Shown: positions 40,657-51,009 of the stretch, one piece after another
Layout of the letters: each line of letters opens with the position of its first letter
Numbering within the stretch: the first letter of the stretch is position 1
Virus record (IMG/VR): IMGVR_UViG_3300040856_003274
Location: 104,267 to 168,266 of that record
Length of the DNA: 64,000 bases
From: a virus
Reading direction: 5' to 3' (one strand)
The notes under the pieces: generated by a model
Seen by the model: the letters and a program-made list of their open reading frames with translations, nothing else
Databases searched by the model: none
Told to the model about the DNA's origin: nothing
Translations under genes and position numbers: made by a program

Positions 40657-41388
40657 ATGCAGATTGTCGTAGACGGTATAAGAAACTTTGGTCAGATCGT
40701 ACAAGCCTTTTCAACGAGGCAAGAGGTGGTCGTCAACGGTAAATACGTGATCGAAAGCCCTGAGGGTATCGAAACTGAGATTACGAGCGATAGTTATGTC
40801 TATCCCGTAGACGGAGGGGACTTAAAAAGCCTCATGATGGAGGAGCTTAGGGCTTCTTCAGGGCTCTCGTACAAGTATTTTAACCCTCTCTCCTCTAGCT
40901 CAGACCTTGACGTGGTAGACACTTCTTCTACCGCTCAGGTAGGTGTCTTTCCCGCGATTACCGAATATCAAACACGATGCCAGCAAAGCGAAACTCCGAA
41001 CAATACCAAGCTCTTGAAAGCGATTGATATTACTGCGTGGGGTGGTGCAATAGAGCGCGTCAATGGGGTACTCTTAACAAATGCTATAGACATCTCTGCT
41101 GATGTTCCTCTTGGCGCAGATGTATTCCTTCCTTATTGGGAGGCTCACACATTCGATCTGAGTCATGAGTCAGAGACGAATAATACACCCGTTGTTAAGA
41201 CCTACCAAAGATTAGAGCCTAGCGACCTTCAGGCTTATGCTTCGACGGACGGCGGGGCTTTTTGGCAAGAAATAACGCACCTCAGTGCTTTTACTGCGCC
41301 AGCCGCTAGCACCTCTATTCAATTTCTCTTTATTAACACGTCTACATCGAGAGACGTTTACTTAAACGCCTTCGGCTTCATGTACTAA
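40657..41388 (+). CDS. Virion structural protein
   Basis: 243 aa, RBS AAGGAG; YASTDGGAFWQEI Asp-box-like motif; within structural operon. Confidence 0.55.
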   Translation: MQIVVDGIRNFGQIVQAFSTRQEVVVNGKYVIESPEGIETEITSDSYVYPVDGGDLKSLMMEELRASSGLSYKYFNPLSSSSDLDVVDTSSTAQVGVFPAITEYQTRCQQSETPNNTKLLKAIDITAWGGAIERVNGVLLTNAIDISADVPLGADVFLPYWEAHTFDLSHESETNNTPVVKTYQRLEPSDLQAYASTDGGAFWQEITHLSAFTAPAASTSIQFLFINTSTSRDVYLNAFGFMY

Positions 41389-41405
41389 TAAAGGGTGCGC
41401 TTAAA

Positions 41406-44400
41406 ATGATAAACTTCGGCAGTGGTGTTAGCAGAGTCCTCGAAAACTTTAATCGACAGTTCAGTAATGTGATTTGGCAAGAGGGCAAGCCTCCTCTCGA
41501 CTCTGAGCTAAACTACATGGGTCAGGTGAGCTGGGATAATCTTACAAGCCACGTCAGGAGTAGCGCCCCATCGGGTTTCTTCTTAGATCCTACAAATACA
41601 AAAGCAGATTACACCACCAGTGCTCATTACAGTAATCTCTTCCTTTTAGGCCAAGAAGGTAGCCCCCTTACGGCTAATGTCAACGGCTGGATCATCCCTG
41701 TCTGCGGAACGGCAACTGATAACCTCCTAAACGCGATAAAGCTCAACCCCCCTCCTACAAGCGACTCTCGCATAGACTTCGTTTTCTTAGAAGCATGGCA
41801 GGCGCTTGTGTCTCCAAACCCTGACAGTGTAAATAAACCCAGCCAAGACCGTATCTACCGCTACGGTAATGTAGAGTACGGTGGAGATAACCTCACCGAT
41901 GACCTCACTGATCCTAGCGTTGCCTTTGAGACAACAAAGCGCGTCCAAGTCCAATACCGCCTACGCGTTTATGGGTTCGGTCAAGGCGGAGGCTCAGGAG
42001 TAGATTTGGGTGTTTACGTTGACGGACTCGATGACCCTAATATTAGGGCGCAGGGTACTGCTACGAGCGCAGGAGGTTTCACATTCAACAATATGGGCGA
42101 GGAGCTTGGGGATGCTTCGCTTTGGCGTGCAGGTGACGGCGACACCTCTAACGATCTCGGCACTGTAGACGGCTATTCTTACGCGATCCCTGTGTGCGCG
42201 ATTTTTAGACGTAATAGCTCTGCGTTCGTAGCAGTATCTACGAATGGTAGCCCTAACCATAACGGGGCGACTAACCGCAAGCCTAGCGTTTCTGAGTTAG
42301 CTGATCCGAGGACAGGCGCAGGTGAGCTTTATGAGGTGCGTACAATCTCATCTCTTGGTGTCGAGGACACAGGCGCTCTTCAAGTAGGTAGAGTCTCTAA
42401 TGGTGTTTTAGAGCAGTCCGTTGAAGGCACGTTCCTCGCAGACGACAACTTTTTCGACCTCTCAGACTCCCGCTTCCTTAAGATTAACGGTGAGATTATC
42501 GAGATTGATAATGTAGACACCTCAGTCACTCCTCCTACGGTAAACGTGATTAGCAGAGCGCGAGCGGCGACAATTTCTTCTCTCCATAACGGGGAGTCTG
42601 CGTTGGAGCTCTACAACACTCGGCCTGATGGTGTCTATTCTGATCAAATCACTGAGAGAGATATTCTTGATCTCAGACGAGGTGTGAGTTTACGCGGTTG
42701 GGATTACACCCAACTCCTCACACACAACTTGACTAGACTCTTGAAGAATAATCTCACCACTGCTTTCAAGACGAGCGGGTCAGGAGGCGGTACAGAGGGA
42801 GTGTACACGACTGAGGTGTCAGTCCTTGATAATGACTCTAATATTAACATTGAGGGCGCGGATATGCTCGACGGGGCAGATGGTATCCGCACCATCTTCT
42901 CTGATACCGCGCACTTCCAAAGCGATGTAACTCTACTGATCGACAATGACCCTAGCCTCAACGCAGGCGCGGTGTCGGGTCAATATGATACCAACACGGT
43001 TTGGGACATCGGCGCAGACTTCAAGCCTGACGGTTGGTGGAACAACATCAATCAGGGCGCTACACCTGGCTTCAAGAACGGTACACTCATTAACCTCTAC
43101 CTTGGAGGAGAGGACGGTACAGATGGAGCGCGTGGCACATTTAGAGACGGTTCTACCAAAGAGGTGCGTTTTGTAGCGCCTTGGGAGATGGAGAAAGAAA
43201 TCGGACTCTCTCACCCTTTTAAGATCAAGTTTACCTCTGTGGAGTCTACCACCGTAAACAACGTCGAGGGCTCTTCCTATAACGGCTATCTCTACCCTCT
43301 AGCTAAGTACAACTTTGAGTACCCTTTCATTGTCCTCGGCGGGCTTGTCCATAACACTTTGCGAGGTAACGTGGCTTCGGCCTCGTTGACAAACATCCAT
43401 TTAGACCCTCAAACAGGTAGGTTCTCAGTTGATCTCGGTATTGATTTCGACTCTATCCGCGACTTACCTATATTAGGAGGCCGTCAGACTCTCTTTGAGG
43501 CACTCACAAGAAAAGGTGAAGACCTTTCAGGACTAGGCTCGATCTTGTATTTAGTCTTGAAAGGAGACGACGCGGCTGAGGACAATAACGGGGTATTCCG
43601 TATAGTAGGGCTAAGCAACTTTGTTGAGACATACTCTGTGGGCAACACCTTTGCTGAACTAATCCCGCTCTCAACCAACTTCAACTTAAATACAGGGTTC
43701 TCTCCGCTGACAGGTAAGACGCTTACTTTTGAGATCAGAAGCCAATACCTAGGGTTTGATGACGGTGGTGGCTTCAACAGTGGGATTGGTTCAGTGGTCA
43801 TCGGACTGACTGACATTAATGATAAACTCAGTAGGACTTGGTTTACAGACGATAAGATTAGTGGCGGTAACTCTGACCCTTTGACGACTTTCCCTATTAA
43901 CTCAAAGATCGAGCTCACCACCACGCTCATGTACGCGCAGGCGCGTGCGGGCATGGCGCGTAGGCCGAAAGACATATTCGCAGTTAATGTTAAAAATGGA
44001 GGCACAGGGTTTATAAGAAACGTGGCTTCAGACATTGACAGCAGTTTCTCTACCAACGCGCCTGCGCCCACTAACGAACGAGTTTACAGTGCTCATGGTG
44101 TACAGACATGGAACGCCCTGCCCTCATTAGGTCTTGAGACAGTGAGAGCCCCTTCAATGGGCGGTGAGGTATTTGGTTTCACTGAGCAGAGTCGAGACTC
44201 AGAGCTTTTCGTAGATAAGGGTAGTAAGACGATTGTCTTTAAACCTCTCCAAAGAAAGCTCATGAGCTTGAAGGCGCTCTCTTATGATGCTGTGCTCTCT
44301 ACAGCGAGTCTCATAGGTGATCTTAACTATCCTAACGGCAACCCTAAAGACCCTAAGGGTATGTTCACTAACTTGAAGACAATGGGTGTGGATGTTCCTT

Positions 44401-46805
44401 CAGTGTGTATGCCTAAGTTTGGTAGGCAAGACATACCTCTCCACCAGCGCACAGGCGACACAGACCCCGTGTTAGGCGGGCTACACCACCTGTTTTCAGA
44501 TAACACTGACCCTGCTAACGTGGTGTTTAATCTTATTGGCGGAGAGCCTAATGTTGCAGGAGGCGGTAATCTTGTACAACCTATCCTGTTTATTACCAGC
44601 CCTAACTCAGGTCTTTCTTATGGAGAAGCTGGCACAACAGGCGGGCCAGCCCATCCCTGTATTCAAGCACGTAGTTTCTCCTCTTCAAGTGTCCGATCTT
44701 CAGATGTTGGCATCGGGTTAAAGGGTATAGAGCTTCCTCCTCACTATGGGATAGCGAGGCTCTATGGTATTTATGAGCGTTCTGAATACGAGTCTAAGAT
44801 TGGCGACAATACGATTGGCGCATTTGAAGCAGACCGCATCACTCCCAAGACCAACGGCGCTAACGGTGTTGTAAGAAACTTGCTCCGTCTCGATGCTGAC
44901 AAGCAGACACTGTTCATCAAACAGGGCGGGGCTGAAGACTACACAAAAAATGCTGACGACCACACTTATATTATCCCTGCTAATGTAATCGACCATACGA
45001 GAGCTGTAAACTACGACTCCTCAGCCCCTAACTTTGAGGATTACGAGTATGTCGTTGAGTGTGTAGTGTTTGGCTTTGCTCGCGGGTTTATCAACAAGAA
45101 TAACCTTATCCTCGCCCGTAATGTTAACGGCGCAGGAGTGCAAATCCTAGACGTTGATCAGAACGACGCTGTAGACAGCACGCTGATTAATAACACCTTA
45201 GAGTTTGTAAACGTGCCGATGGCTATCCACGCTCCAGCCCCTAACGGGACACAGACGTATGTAGGCTATTCAAGACTTGTTTACCAAGGCGATCCTTACT
45301 TTACTTCAGGGATCACTACGGCACAAAAGAGAGACTTCCCCGTCAAGTACGGCAGACTCAGTGAAGAAAACCACGACTCTCTTAACATCCCTCTAACTCA
45401 GTTTAACGCTGACGGAAGCGATAAGATAGAGACACCTAACCTTAGGGCTTTGAGAGTCCTCGCTTCTGCTGACTTCTACACTACGCTAGGCACAGGCAAA
45501 GTCGGAGGTTCTTTCTACGAGGGTACTGTGCTCGACTGCGCACACAACGTCGGCTCTGCTTATGAGGGCTCGATGACCTCGATGAACGTGTTTAGCCAAA
45601 CGGAGGGCTCTGCTACAGACCTCAAGCCTGCGATAGCGATTAGCTTTGGTGGATTCTTTACAGGTCTACAGCTTTACTTACAGGCTGACCCTGCTAACCG
45701 CATTAATCTTGTGTTTACGGTAGGTTCTCAGACGATGACGGTGATCTTGTCCGAAGACACTATCTTGGATGGTAATCTCGGAGGGTCGGCTCTTGACGAA
45801 GCGTATGCGTGCTCAGTCTTAGCTACTAGGATTAACATTCAGCGCGTAACCGAAGGTTTCCCTGTCCAAGCCGTCGCGCTTGGTAACATTATAAAAGTCA
45901 CCTCAGAAGTTAGAGGTATGTCTGTCTCTTTTGACGTTAAGAGAGCAGCGGATCAGTCAAACGTGCTACCTCTTAGACTACTAGACCCGTTCACTTTTAG
46001 CACTCTAGCTCCACCGACCTTTGGCATTCTTAGAGGAATAGGTGATCTGCTCTCTGCAAGCATTTACCTGACGACCAGCTACGACTTTATCGAACCGAGG
46101 GTTGCGCTTAACGGAGGTAACGGAAACAGCACTCTTTCATTAAGCGGTTGCACTGAGCAGTTGCCGTTAGGTGCGCTTATCTTTGACTCAGATTTCTTAT
46201 CCGAAGACCCTGTTCAAAACGGCGCATCGTCGCTTGTAATAGAGCCCTCTCTCACTAAGTCCGTGTTCGCTAACACACCTCTTACGGGGACAGGCGATGA
46301 GTATACCTCTTTCTTAGGCGAGTCGGGTACAGTGATCGGTATGTGTGATGGTGCAGAGAACCAATACTCTGAGTTGTCTACAGTGTACCGTACCCACCGT
46401 GGAGGGTCAGCGTTCCTGTTGTCAGGCGAAAACCCAGGTGGCCCTATTTCTTGGTCTGCGGGCAACTTCCCTTCTTCCGCGAGCCCTATCCTTAAAGGTA
46501 AGATTATCGCAGGGAAGGCGCTCTTGGTACAAAACTATAAAGAGACTGCGTTTGCCTCAGATCACCCGGGCTCTGAGAGAAGCTACGGAGGCGAGCTCCA
46601 GCTCGTAATCTTAACAGGGGCGGTATTCGGAGGTGCTAATGTTAAGACTGACGGACTTAATCTTAACGGTGTAATCTCCCCTTCAGGGTTCGGTGAGGGC
46701 TTCTCAAGCGCCGAAAGGTATAGAATTCAGGGGCTCCCCATGCTCAAGCAGACTGACGATGAGCAGAAGTATCTAAACACAAAGCCCGCTCCATATTTGC
46801 CCTAA
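41406..46805 (+). CDS. Large baseplate/fibre protein, paralog B (1799 aa)
   Basis: VIWQEGKPPLDSELN, DFVFLEAW, YRYGNVE, QYRLRV, LGTVDGYSYAIP, RPDGVYSD blocks colinear with 32520-36017. Confidence 0.65.
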   Translation: MINFGSGVSRVLENFNRQFSNVIWQEGKPPLDSELNYMGQVSWDNLTSHVRSSAPSGFFLDPTNTKADYTTSAHYSNLFLLGQEGSPLTANVNGWIIPVCGTATDNLLNAIKLNPPPTSDSRIDFVFLEAWQALVSPNPDSVNKPSQDRIYRYGNVEYGGDNLTDDLTDPSVAFETTKRVQVQYRLRVYGFGQGGGSGVDLGVYVDGLDDPNIRAQGTATSAGGFTFNNMGEELGDASLWRAGDGDTSNDLGTVDGYSYAIPVCAIFRRNSSAFVAVSTNGSPNHNGATNRKPSVSELADPRTGAGELYEVRTISSLGVEDTGALQVGRVSNGVLEQSVEGTFLADDNFFDLSDSRFLKINGEIIEIDNVDTSVTPPTVNVISRARAATISSLHNGESALELYNTRPDGVYSDQITERDILDLRRGVSLRGWDYTQLLTHNLTRLLKNNLTTAFKTSGSGGGTEGVYTTEVSVLDNDSNINIEGADMLDGADGIRTIFSDTAHFQSDVTLLIDNDPSLNAGAVSGQYDTNTVWDIGADFKPDGWWNNINQGATPGFKNGTLINLYLGGEDGTDGARGTFRDGSTKEVRFVAPWEMEKEIGLSHPFKIKFTSVESTTVNNVEGSSYNGYLYPLAKYNFEYPFIVLGGLVHNTLRGNVASASLTNIHLDPQTGRFSVDLGIDFDSIRDLPILGGRQTLFEALTRKGEDLSGLGSILYLVLKGDDAAEDNNGVFRIVGLSNFVETYSVGNTFAELIPLSTNFNLNTGFSPLTGKTLTFEIRSQYLGFDDGGGFNSGIGSVVIGLTDINDKLSRTWFTDDKISGGNSDPLTTFPINSKIELTTTLMYAQARAGMARRPKDIFAVNVKNGGTGFIRNVASDIDSSFSTNAPAPTNERVYSAHGVQTWNALPSLGLETVRAPSMGGEVFGFTEQSRDSELFVDKGSKTIVFKPLQRKLMSLKALSYDAVLSTASLIGDLNYPNGNPKDPKGMFTNLKTMGVDVPSVCMPKFGRQDIPLHQRTGDTDPVLGGLHHLFSDNTDPANVVFNLIGGEPNVAGGGNLVQPILFITSPNSGLSYGEAGTTGGPAHPCIQARSFSSSSVRSSDVGIGLKGIELPPHYGIARLYGIYERSEYESKIGDNTIGAFEADRITPKTNGANGVVRNLLRLDADKQTLFIKQGGAEDYTKNADDHTYIIPANVIDHTRAVNYDSSAPNFEDYEYVVECVVFGFARGFINKNNLILARNVNGAGVQILDVDQNDAVDSTLINNTLEFVNVPMAIHAPAPNGTQTYVGYSRLVYQGDPYFTSGITTAQKRDFPVKYGRLSEENHDSLNIPLTQFNADGSDKIETPNLRALRVLASADFYTTLGTGKVGGSFYEGTVLDCAHNVGSAYEGSMTSMNVFSQTEGSATDLKPAIAISFGGFFTGLQLYLQADPANRINLVFTVGSQTMTVILSEDTILDGNLGGSALDEAYACSVLATRINIQRVTEGFPVQAVALGNIIKVTSEVRGMSVSFDVKRAADQSNVLPLRLLDPFTFSTLAPPTFGILRGIGDLLSASIYLTTSYDFIEPRVALNGGNGNSTLSLSGCTEQLPLGALIFDSDFLSEDPVQNGASSLVIEPSLTKSVFANTPLTGTGDEYTSFLGESGTVIGMCDGAENQYSELSTVYRTHRGGSAFLLSGENPGGPISWSAGNFPSSASPILKGKIIAGKALLVQNYKETAFASDHPGSERSYGGELQLVILTGAVFGGANVKTDGLNLNGVISPSGFGEGFSSAERYRIQGLPMLKQTDDEQKYLNTKPAPYLP

Positions 46806-46865
46806 TCTTTGAGAGATAGTGTATAGGTATAGCCCTATAACACTTAACCTCAAGGAGGAGTCGGC

Positions 46866-48476
46866 ATGGCGACTGTAGATGAACATCTATTGCCAACGTA
46901 TGAGAAGCTGAAGAAAATCAGAGAACGTAAAGACCTTAAGAGCCGAAAGCCCGCTTACCTAAGAGACAAGCTGATCTTAGCAAACGGCACTGAGGTAGAC
47001 TTTAATTTACGCTACTATCAAGTACAGGGAGTGCTCCACCTTGTAGCGATGAACCGTTTTCTTCTCGGTGACGATACGGGTCTTGGTAAGACCGCTCAAT
47101 CTATCGCGAGCCTCTGTTTCGTATGGGAGAAGAAGCCTGACACTAAAGTGATTATCCTCACTAATAAGTCTGCTGTGGAGCAGTGGGTAGGTGAGTTTGA
47201 GAAGTTTACGACAGGCATCACAGCGTTCTCTTGTAAGGGTACTCCTAAGAAGCGAGCAAAGGCGCGTGAGCAGTTTTTCAACACAGAAGGCCCTGTGGCT
47301 ATGGTTATGGGCTATCGGAGCGCCATAGGCGATTTTGAGCACTATCAAGACCTGCATGACCACATCATGGTTTTCGATGAGGCGACCGCTTTCAAAAACC
47401 CCTCTACTCAATGCCACCAAGTCTGTGCTCATTTGTCTAAGAACGCGAGCAGGGCATGGGCGCTCACAGCTACCCTAATCAAAAACAACCTTATCGAGGG
47501 TTGGGGTATCTACAAGGTGCTTGTGCCTAATCTATTTGGGAACAAAAACAACTTCCTAAACCACTACTGTATCACTCGTATGCAGAGCCTGCCTGGGTCT
47601 AGGAGACAAATACCTGTCATCGTCGGGTATCGCCCCAAAGACATTCAAGAGTTTAGGGAGAAGATCGACCCCTATTTCTTAGGTCGCCCTAAGTTTGAGG
47701 TCGCATCAGAGCTCCCACCGCTCACTAAGCGCACGATTAAGTGCGGTATGTCTAAGATACAGCAAGAGAAGTACAAAGAGGCTCTAACAGGCATCCTCGA
47801 AGTCGGTAGGGGTGATGAGGCAGAAGAGAAAGAGGTCACAAAGCTCACCGCAGTGACATACTGTCAAGTGATCGCAAACCACCCTGAGTTGATTGACGTG
47901 GATGGGAAGTCGGAAAAGCTCGATACGCTTGTAGAGCTTCTCTGTGAGGGGGATTTTGCAGGCGAAAAGGTTATTGTATTCTCTAGGTTTAGGAAGATGG
48001 TTGATATCATCGAGAGGACATTAGAGAAGAAAAGGGTTAAGACTTGCCGTATTACAGGCGCTGAGTCTGAAGAGGGTCGCGCTAACTCTCAGAAGCTCTT
48101 CCAAAACGTAGACTCTGGAGTTGACGTAATCTTAATCACATCAGCCGCCGCAGAAGCTGTAAACCTGCAAGCGGCTAGAGCGATTGTTTTTTACGATACG
48201 CCTTGGAGCGCAGGTGATTACTTACAGCTCTTGGGGCGCATGATCCGTATTGGATCAACCCAAGACCGCTGTTTCGCTATCCACTTGGTGTGTCGTAACA
48301 CGATTGACGTGAGGGTCATGCAAGTGCTCAACACCAAGATGGGGCTTGTAGAGAGCGTCTTAGGTAAGCGTATAAAGGGTGACGATGATGAGGAGGTGAA
48401 GCAAAATGAGATCATCGAGACGAGCAGTGAGCTTAACGACTTGTTCGATGCTCTGACAGAAGATGCTCTCAAATGA
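46866..48476 (+). CDS. SNF2-family (SF2) helicase/ATPase
   Basis: LRYYQ, LLGDDTGLGKT (Walker A), FDEAT (motif II), LTATLIKN, KVIVFS, AEAVNLQAA, FYDTPWS, QLLGRMIRIGS; RBS AAGGAGG. Confidence 0.92.
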   Translation: MATVDEHLLPTYEKLKKIRERKDLKSRKPAYLRDKLILANGTEVDFNLRYYQVQGVLHLVAMNRFLLGDDTGLGKTAQSIASLCFVWEKKPDTKVIILTNKSAVEQWVGEFEKFTTGITAFSCKGTPKKRAKAREQFFNTEGPVAMVMGYRSAIGDFEHYQDLHDHIMVFDEATAFKNPSTQCHQVCAHLSKNASRAWALTATLIKNNLIEGWGIYKVLVPNLFGNKNNFLNHYCITRMQSLPGSRRQIPVIVGYRPKDIQEFREKIDPYFLGRPKFEVASELPPLTKRTIKCGMSKIQQEKYKEALTGILEVGRGDEAEEKEVTKLTAVTYCQVIANHPELIDVDGKSEKLDTLVELLCEGDFAGEKVIVFSRFRKMVDIIERTLEKKRVKTCRITGAESEEGRANSQKLFQNVDSGVDVILITSAAAEAVNLQAARAIVFYDTPWSAGDYLQLLGRMIRIGSTQDRCFAIHLVCRNTIDVRVMQVLNTKMGLVESVLGKRIKGDDDEEVKQNEIIETSSELNDLFDALTEDALK

Positions 48477-48523
48477 ACCCCTGCCTATTCTTAGACTTAG
48501 CATGGGTCATCGCTTGGGTTACC

Positions 48524-48561
48524 AGCCCTCCCTACGTTCGTTTTTTCGGTAGGGACGGGCT
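48524..48561 (+). terminator. Possible hairpin downstream of SNF2 gene
   Basis: agccctccctac ... gtagggacgggct imperfect GC-rich stem; no clear U-tract after the stem. Confidence 0.35.
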
Positions 48562-48675
48562 TCCCTGTCATCTAATCATGGTCGGAGGACACGTTATACT
48601 TTGGTTGTGTTGAGCCTCTTTTTAGAGCATATAGTGTATATGCTCATACACAAGTAGTGTAAAAGAGAGGACAAT

Positions 48676-49515
48676 ATGATTTACAAAGAGCCTGAATGGT
48701 CAAGAGGCGACGGGCTACCTAACTGCCCTAAATGCGGGGGGAGAGGGTTTTACGACTCCTCAAGCAAAGAAAATCCCGTACCGCAAGTGGTGAGATGCTC
48801 ATGCACACTGAAAAAGGACATCTTAAGGAATGTTGAAAGGGGCTGGAAGGGGCTTACAAAAGCAGACAAGATCAGTGAGTCTAGTCTTCTTGATAAGGTT
48901 GAGGACTACTGCCACATTACGGCAGACGACAATACCCTAAAGGCACACCTTCGGTTTGTCGGTTTAAGACAAGGGCCTGACTGGTCTTTTAAGGTTGTCT
49001 CTGACGCAGACTTAATCGTTGCATGGCTCGCCTCAGCGACGATTAAAGGCGGTGAGATATTCGACCCTGACGCTAATAAGATTTCTACAAAGTTTCTGAC
49101 GCTTGTAGACTTAATCGAGCCACCTGAGTTTCTTGTCATTAAGCTCGGTGTGAAGACCGCAAACAACAGCGCCATGCCAAGGGTGCTCTTAGAGGCGATC
49201 CAACACAGAAGCCACTTAGGTAAGATTACATGGATTGTCGATCAGCCCACCGCAAGACTCAATGAGAGCCACCTTTGCTATTCGATAGAGGTGGATCATG
49301 CGCTCAGAGATTGGGAGAAGATTGACCTAATGTCTAATGTTGTCTCAGCGAAGAAGACTTCTAAGTCTAAGGCATACCGCCCAGGTAAGAGCACCTCCTC
49401 GGTATTCGCTAGAGGGCAATCCTCCTCCCAATCCCACACTAAGTCTGTTGAGATTGGAGATAGGGAGCGTAAGAAAAGTTCAAGCACGTCAGCTAGGGGG
49501 GGATGGAAGCGATGA
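48676..49515 (+). CDS. DnaC/IstB-like helicase loader, degenerate
   Basis: N-terminal CPKCGG...RCSC Zn motif, LIEPPEFLVIKLG and LLEAIQHR..GKITWI resembling DnaC core; no Walker A; directly upstream of DnaB. Confidence 0.55.
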   Translation: MIYKEPEWSRGDGLPNCPKCGGRGFYDSSSKENPVPQVVRCSCTLKKDILRNVERGWKGLTKADKISESSLLDKVEDYCHITADDNTLKAHLRFVGLRQGPDWSFKVVSDADLIVAWLASATIKGGEIFDPDANKISTKFLTLVDLIEPPEFLVIKLGVKTANNSAMPRVLLEAIQHRSHLGKITWIVDQPTARLNESHLCYSIEVDHALRDWEKIDLMSNVVSAKKTSKSKAYRPGKSTSSVFARGQSSSQSHTKSVEIGDRERKKSSSTSARGGWKR

Positions 49516-51002
49516 ATATCTTACTTAGGTCTTGTATCCCTACTACCCCTTCAGAAGACAGTGAGCTATGCGCCCAAAATGCCCGTATTCTTCATGAGAG
49601 CGAGCTTGATTTCGGTCAGACTTCTGACGGCGCAATCTTTACTTTCATCAAAGACTTTGTGGACATTCACCAACACGCCCCCTCATCTAAGACATTAGAG
49701 GAGCACTTCTTAAGCTCAAACGACACCGCATCTATCGACAGGCTTCGTGTCTTAGAGACGTATACTCCCTTGTACAGAGGGGACTTTGAGGTGCGCCTCA
49801 AGGCTAAAGCTGAAGAGCGCAGAACGAAGCTCTCTTTAGAGCTTCTAGACGAAGCCAAGAAGATCATCACGCAAGGCATAAAAGTCAAAGAGGGGCGCAA
49901 AGAGAAGCTCTTACACGGCGCAGAAGACGCTATCCACTACTTGATGAACCGAAGCCACGACCTTGTAGCACCTGTGCTCGGCACTAAGCTGAGTGGAGAG
50001 GTTACGATGGACGGTCAAGACTTCTATGACAAGTACATGAAGACTAAGAATGACCCTCTAGCAGGGCTTGGTCAGATGACGGGCATCCAGCAAATGGATG
50101 CTACCTTGAGAGGCGCTAAGCCGAAACAGCTATGGACACATGCCGCTTTTACAGGAGGCTTAAAGTCAACCTTCATGTTAAATTGGGCTTACAATCAGGC
50201 AGTATATTACGGTCACGACAGTATCATCTTTTCGTTAGAAATGCCGTATGAGCAAGACCGAGATATCCTGTTCGCCATGCACTCTACAAATGCGAGTCTT
50301 GAGTCACAGCGTAAGAAATATAATATTAAGACGGGGCTCGATTATCAGAAGATCAGAGACGGCGAGCTTATGCCTAATGAGGAAGATTACTTACGGGAAG
50401 TGGTCGCAGACTTTAGCTCAGGAAAATATGGGAAAATCCATGTAGAGGTCGCCCCGCCTTCAGCCGAAAACTACACCGTCGCAGACATTAGGGCTCGCGC
50501 TGAGCTTATCCACAGCTCGTCTCCTTTAAGCCTCCTCTTCGTAGACCACGCGGGGCTCATGTCACCAAGGCATTACTCTAACTCGACAACGGAGCGCCTT
50601 AATGAGGTACTCCGCGACTTTAAGAAGATGAGTATGGGCTTCAATAAAGGAGAGGGGATAGCCGTAGTCTGCCTGTTTCAGATTAGCCGTGAAGGTTTTA
50701 AGTCAGCAGAGAAGAATGGCGGTAACTACAATCTAACTCACCTAAGCTACGCTAATGAGGCAGAACGCTCCAGCGATATTGTCACGACCTCTTACGTAGA
50801 CGATGACTTGAGGAAGCAAAACTTTGTGCGCTTCCAATGCCTAAAGTCTCGCGACAACCCACCTTTTGAGCCTTTCCACAGCTCAGTATATTGGCCTACC
50901 CGCAGGGTTCAAACTTGCACTCAACAGCCTCTAACGGATGCTGAAAAGCAATCTCTAGGTGATCAGATCGACACCGAAGAGATTGACCTTAACGACATCT
51001 GA
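49512..51002 (+). CDS. dnaB: Replicative DNA helicase DnaB-like
   Basis: TGIQQMDATLRG, AAFTGGLKST (Walker A variant), FSLEMP, LLFVDHAGLM, LFQISREG, ERSSD, LKSRD; ATGA overlap with loader stop. Confidence 0.88.
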   Translation: MNILLRSCIPTTPSEDSELCAQNARILHESELDFGQTSDGAIFTFIKDFVDIHQHAPSSKTLEEHFLSSNDTASIDRLRVLETYTPLYRGDFEVRLKAKAEERRTKLSLELLDEAKKIITQGIKVKEGRKEKLLHGAEDAIHYLMNRSHDLVAPVLGTKLSGEVTMDGQDFYDKYMKTKNDPLAGLGQMTGIQQMDATLRGAKPKQLWTHAAFTGGLKSTFMLNWAYNQAVYYGHDSIIFSLEMPYEQDRDILFAMHSTNASLESQRKKYNIKTGLDYQKIRDGELMPNEEDYLREVVADFSSGKYGKIHVEVAPPSAENYTVADIRARAELIHSSSPLSLLFVDHAGLMSPRHYSNSTTERLNEVLRDFKKMSMGFNKGEGIAVVCLFQISREGFKSAEKNGGNYNLTHLSYANEAERSSDIVTTSYVDDDLRKQNFVRFQCLKSRDNPPFEPFHSSVYWPTRRVQTCTQQPLTDAEKQSLGDQIDTEEIDLNDI

Positions 51003-51009
51003 GTGTCTT

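Noticed and set aside
1-46805. Bacterial eCIS/T6SS/tailocin locus
   Set aside because: Contiguous with phage-type DnaB, primase Zn finger, dCMP deaminase, DUF3310 and MTase genes; no host housekeeping genes
47376-47390. SNF2 motif II reads DEAT instead of DEAH
   Set aside because: Catalytic DE is intact and other motifs are present; minor variant
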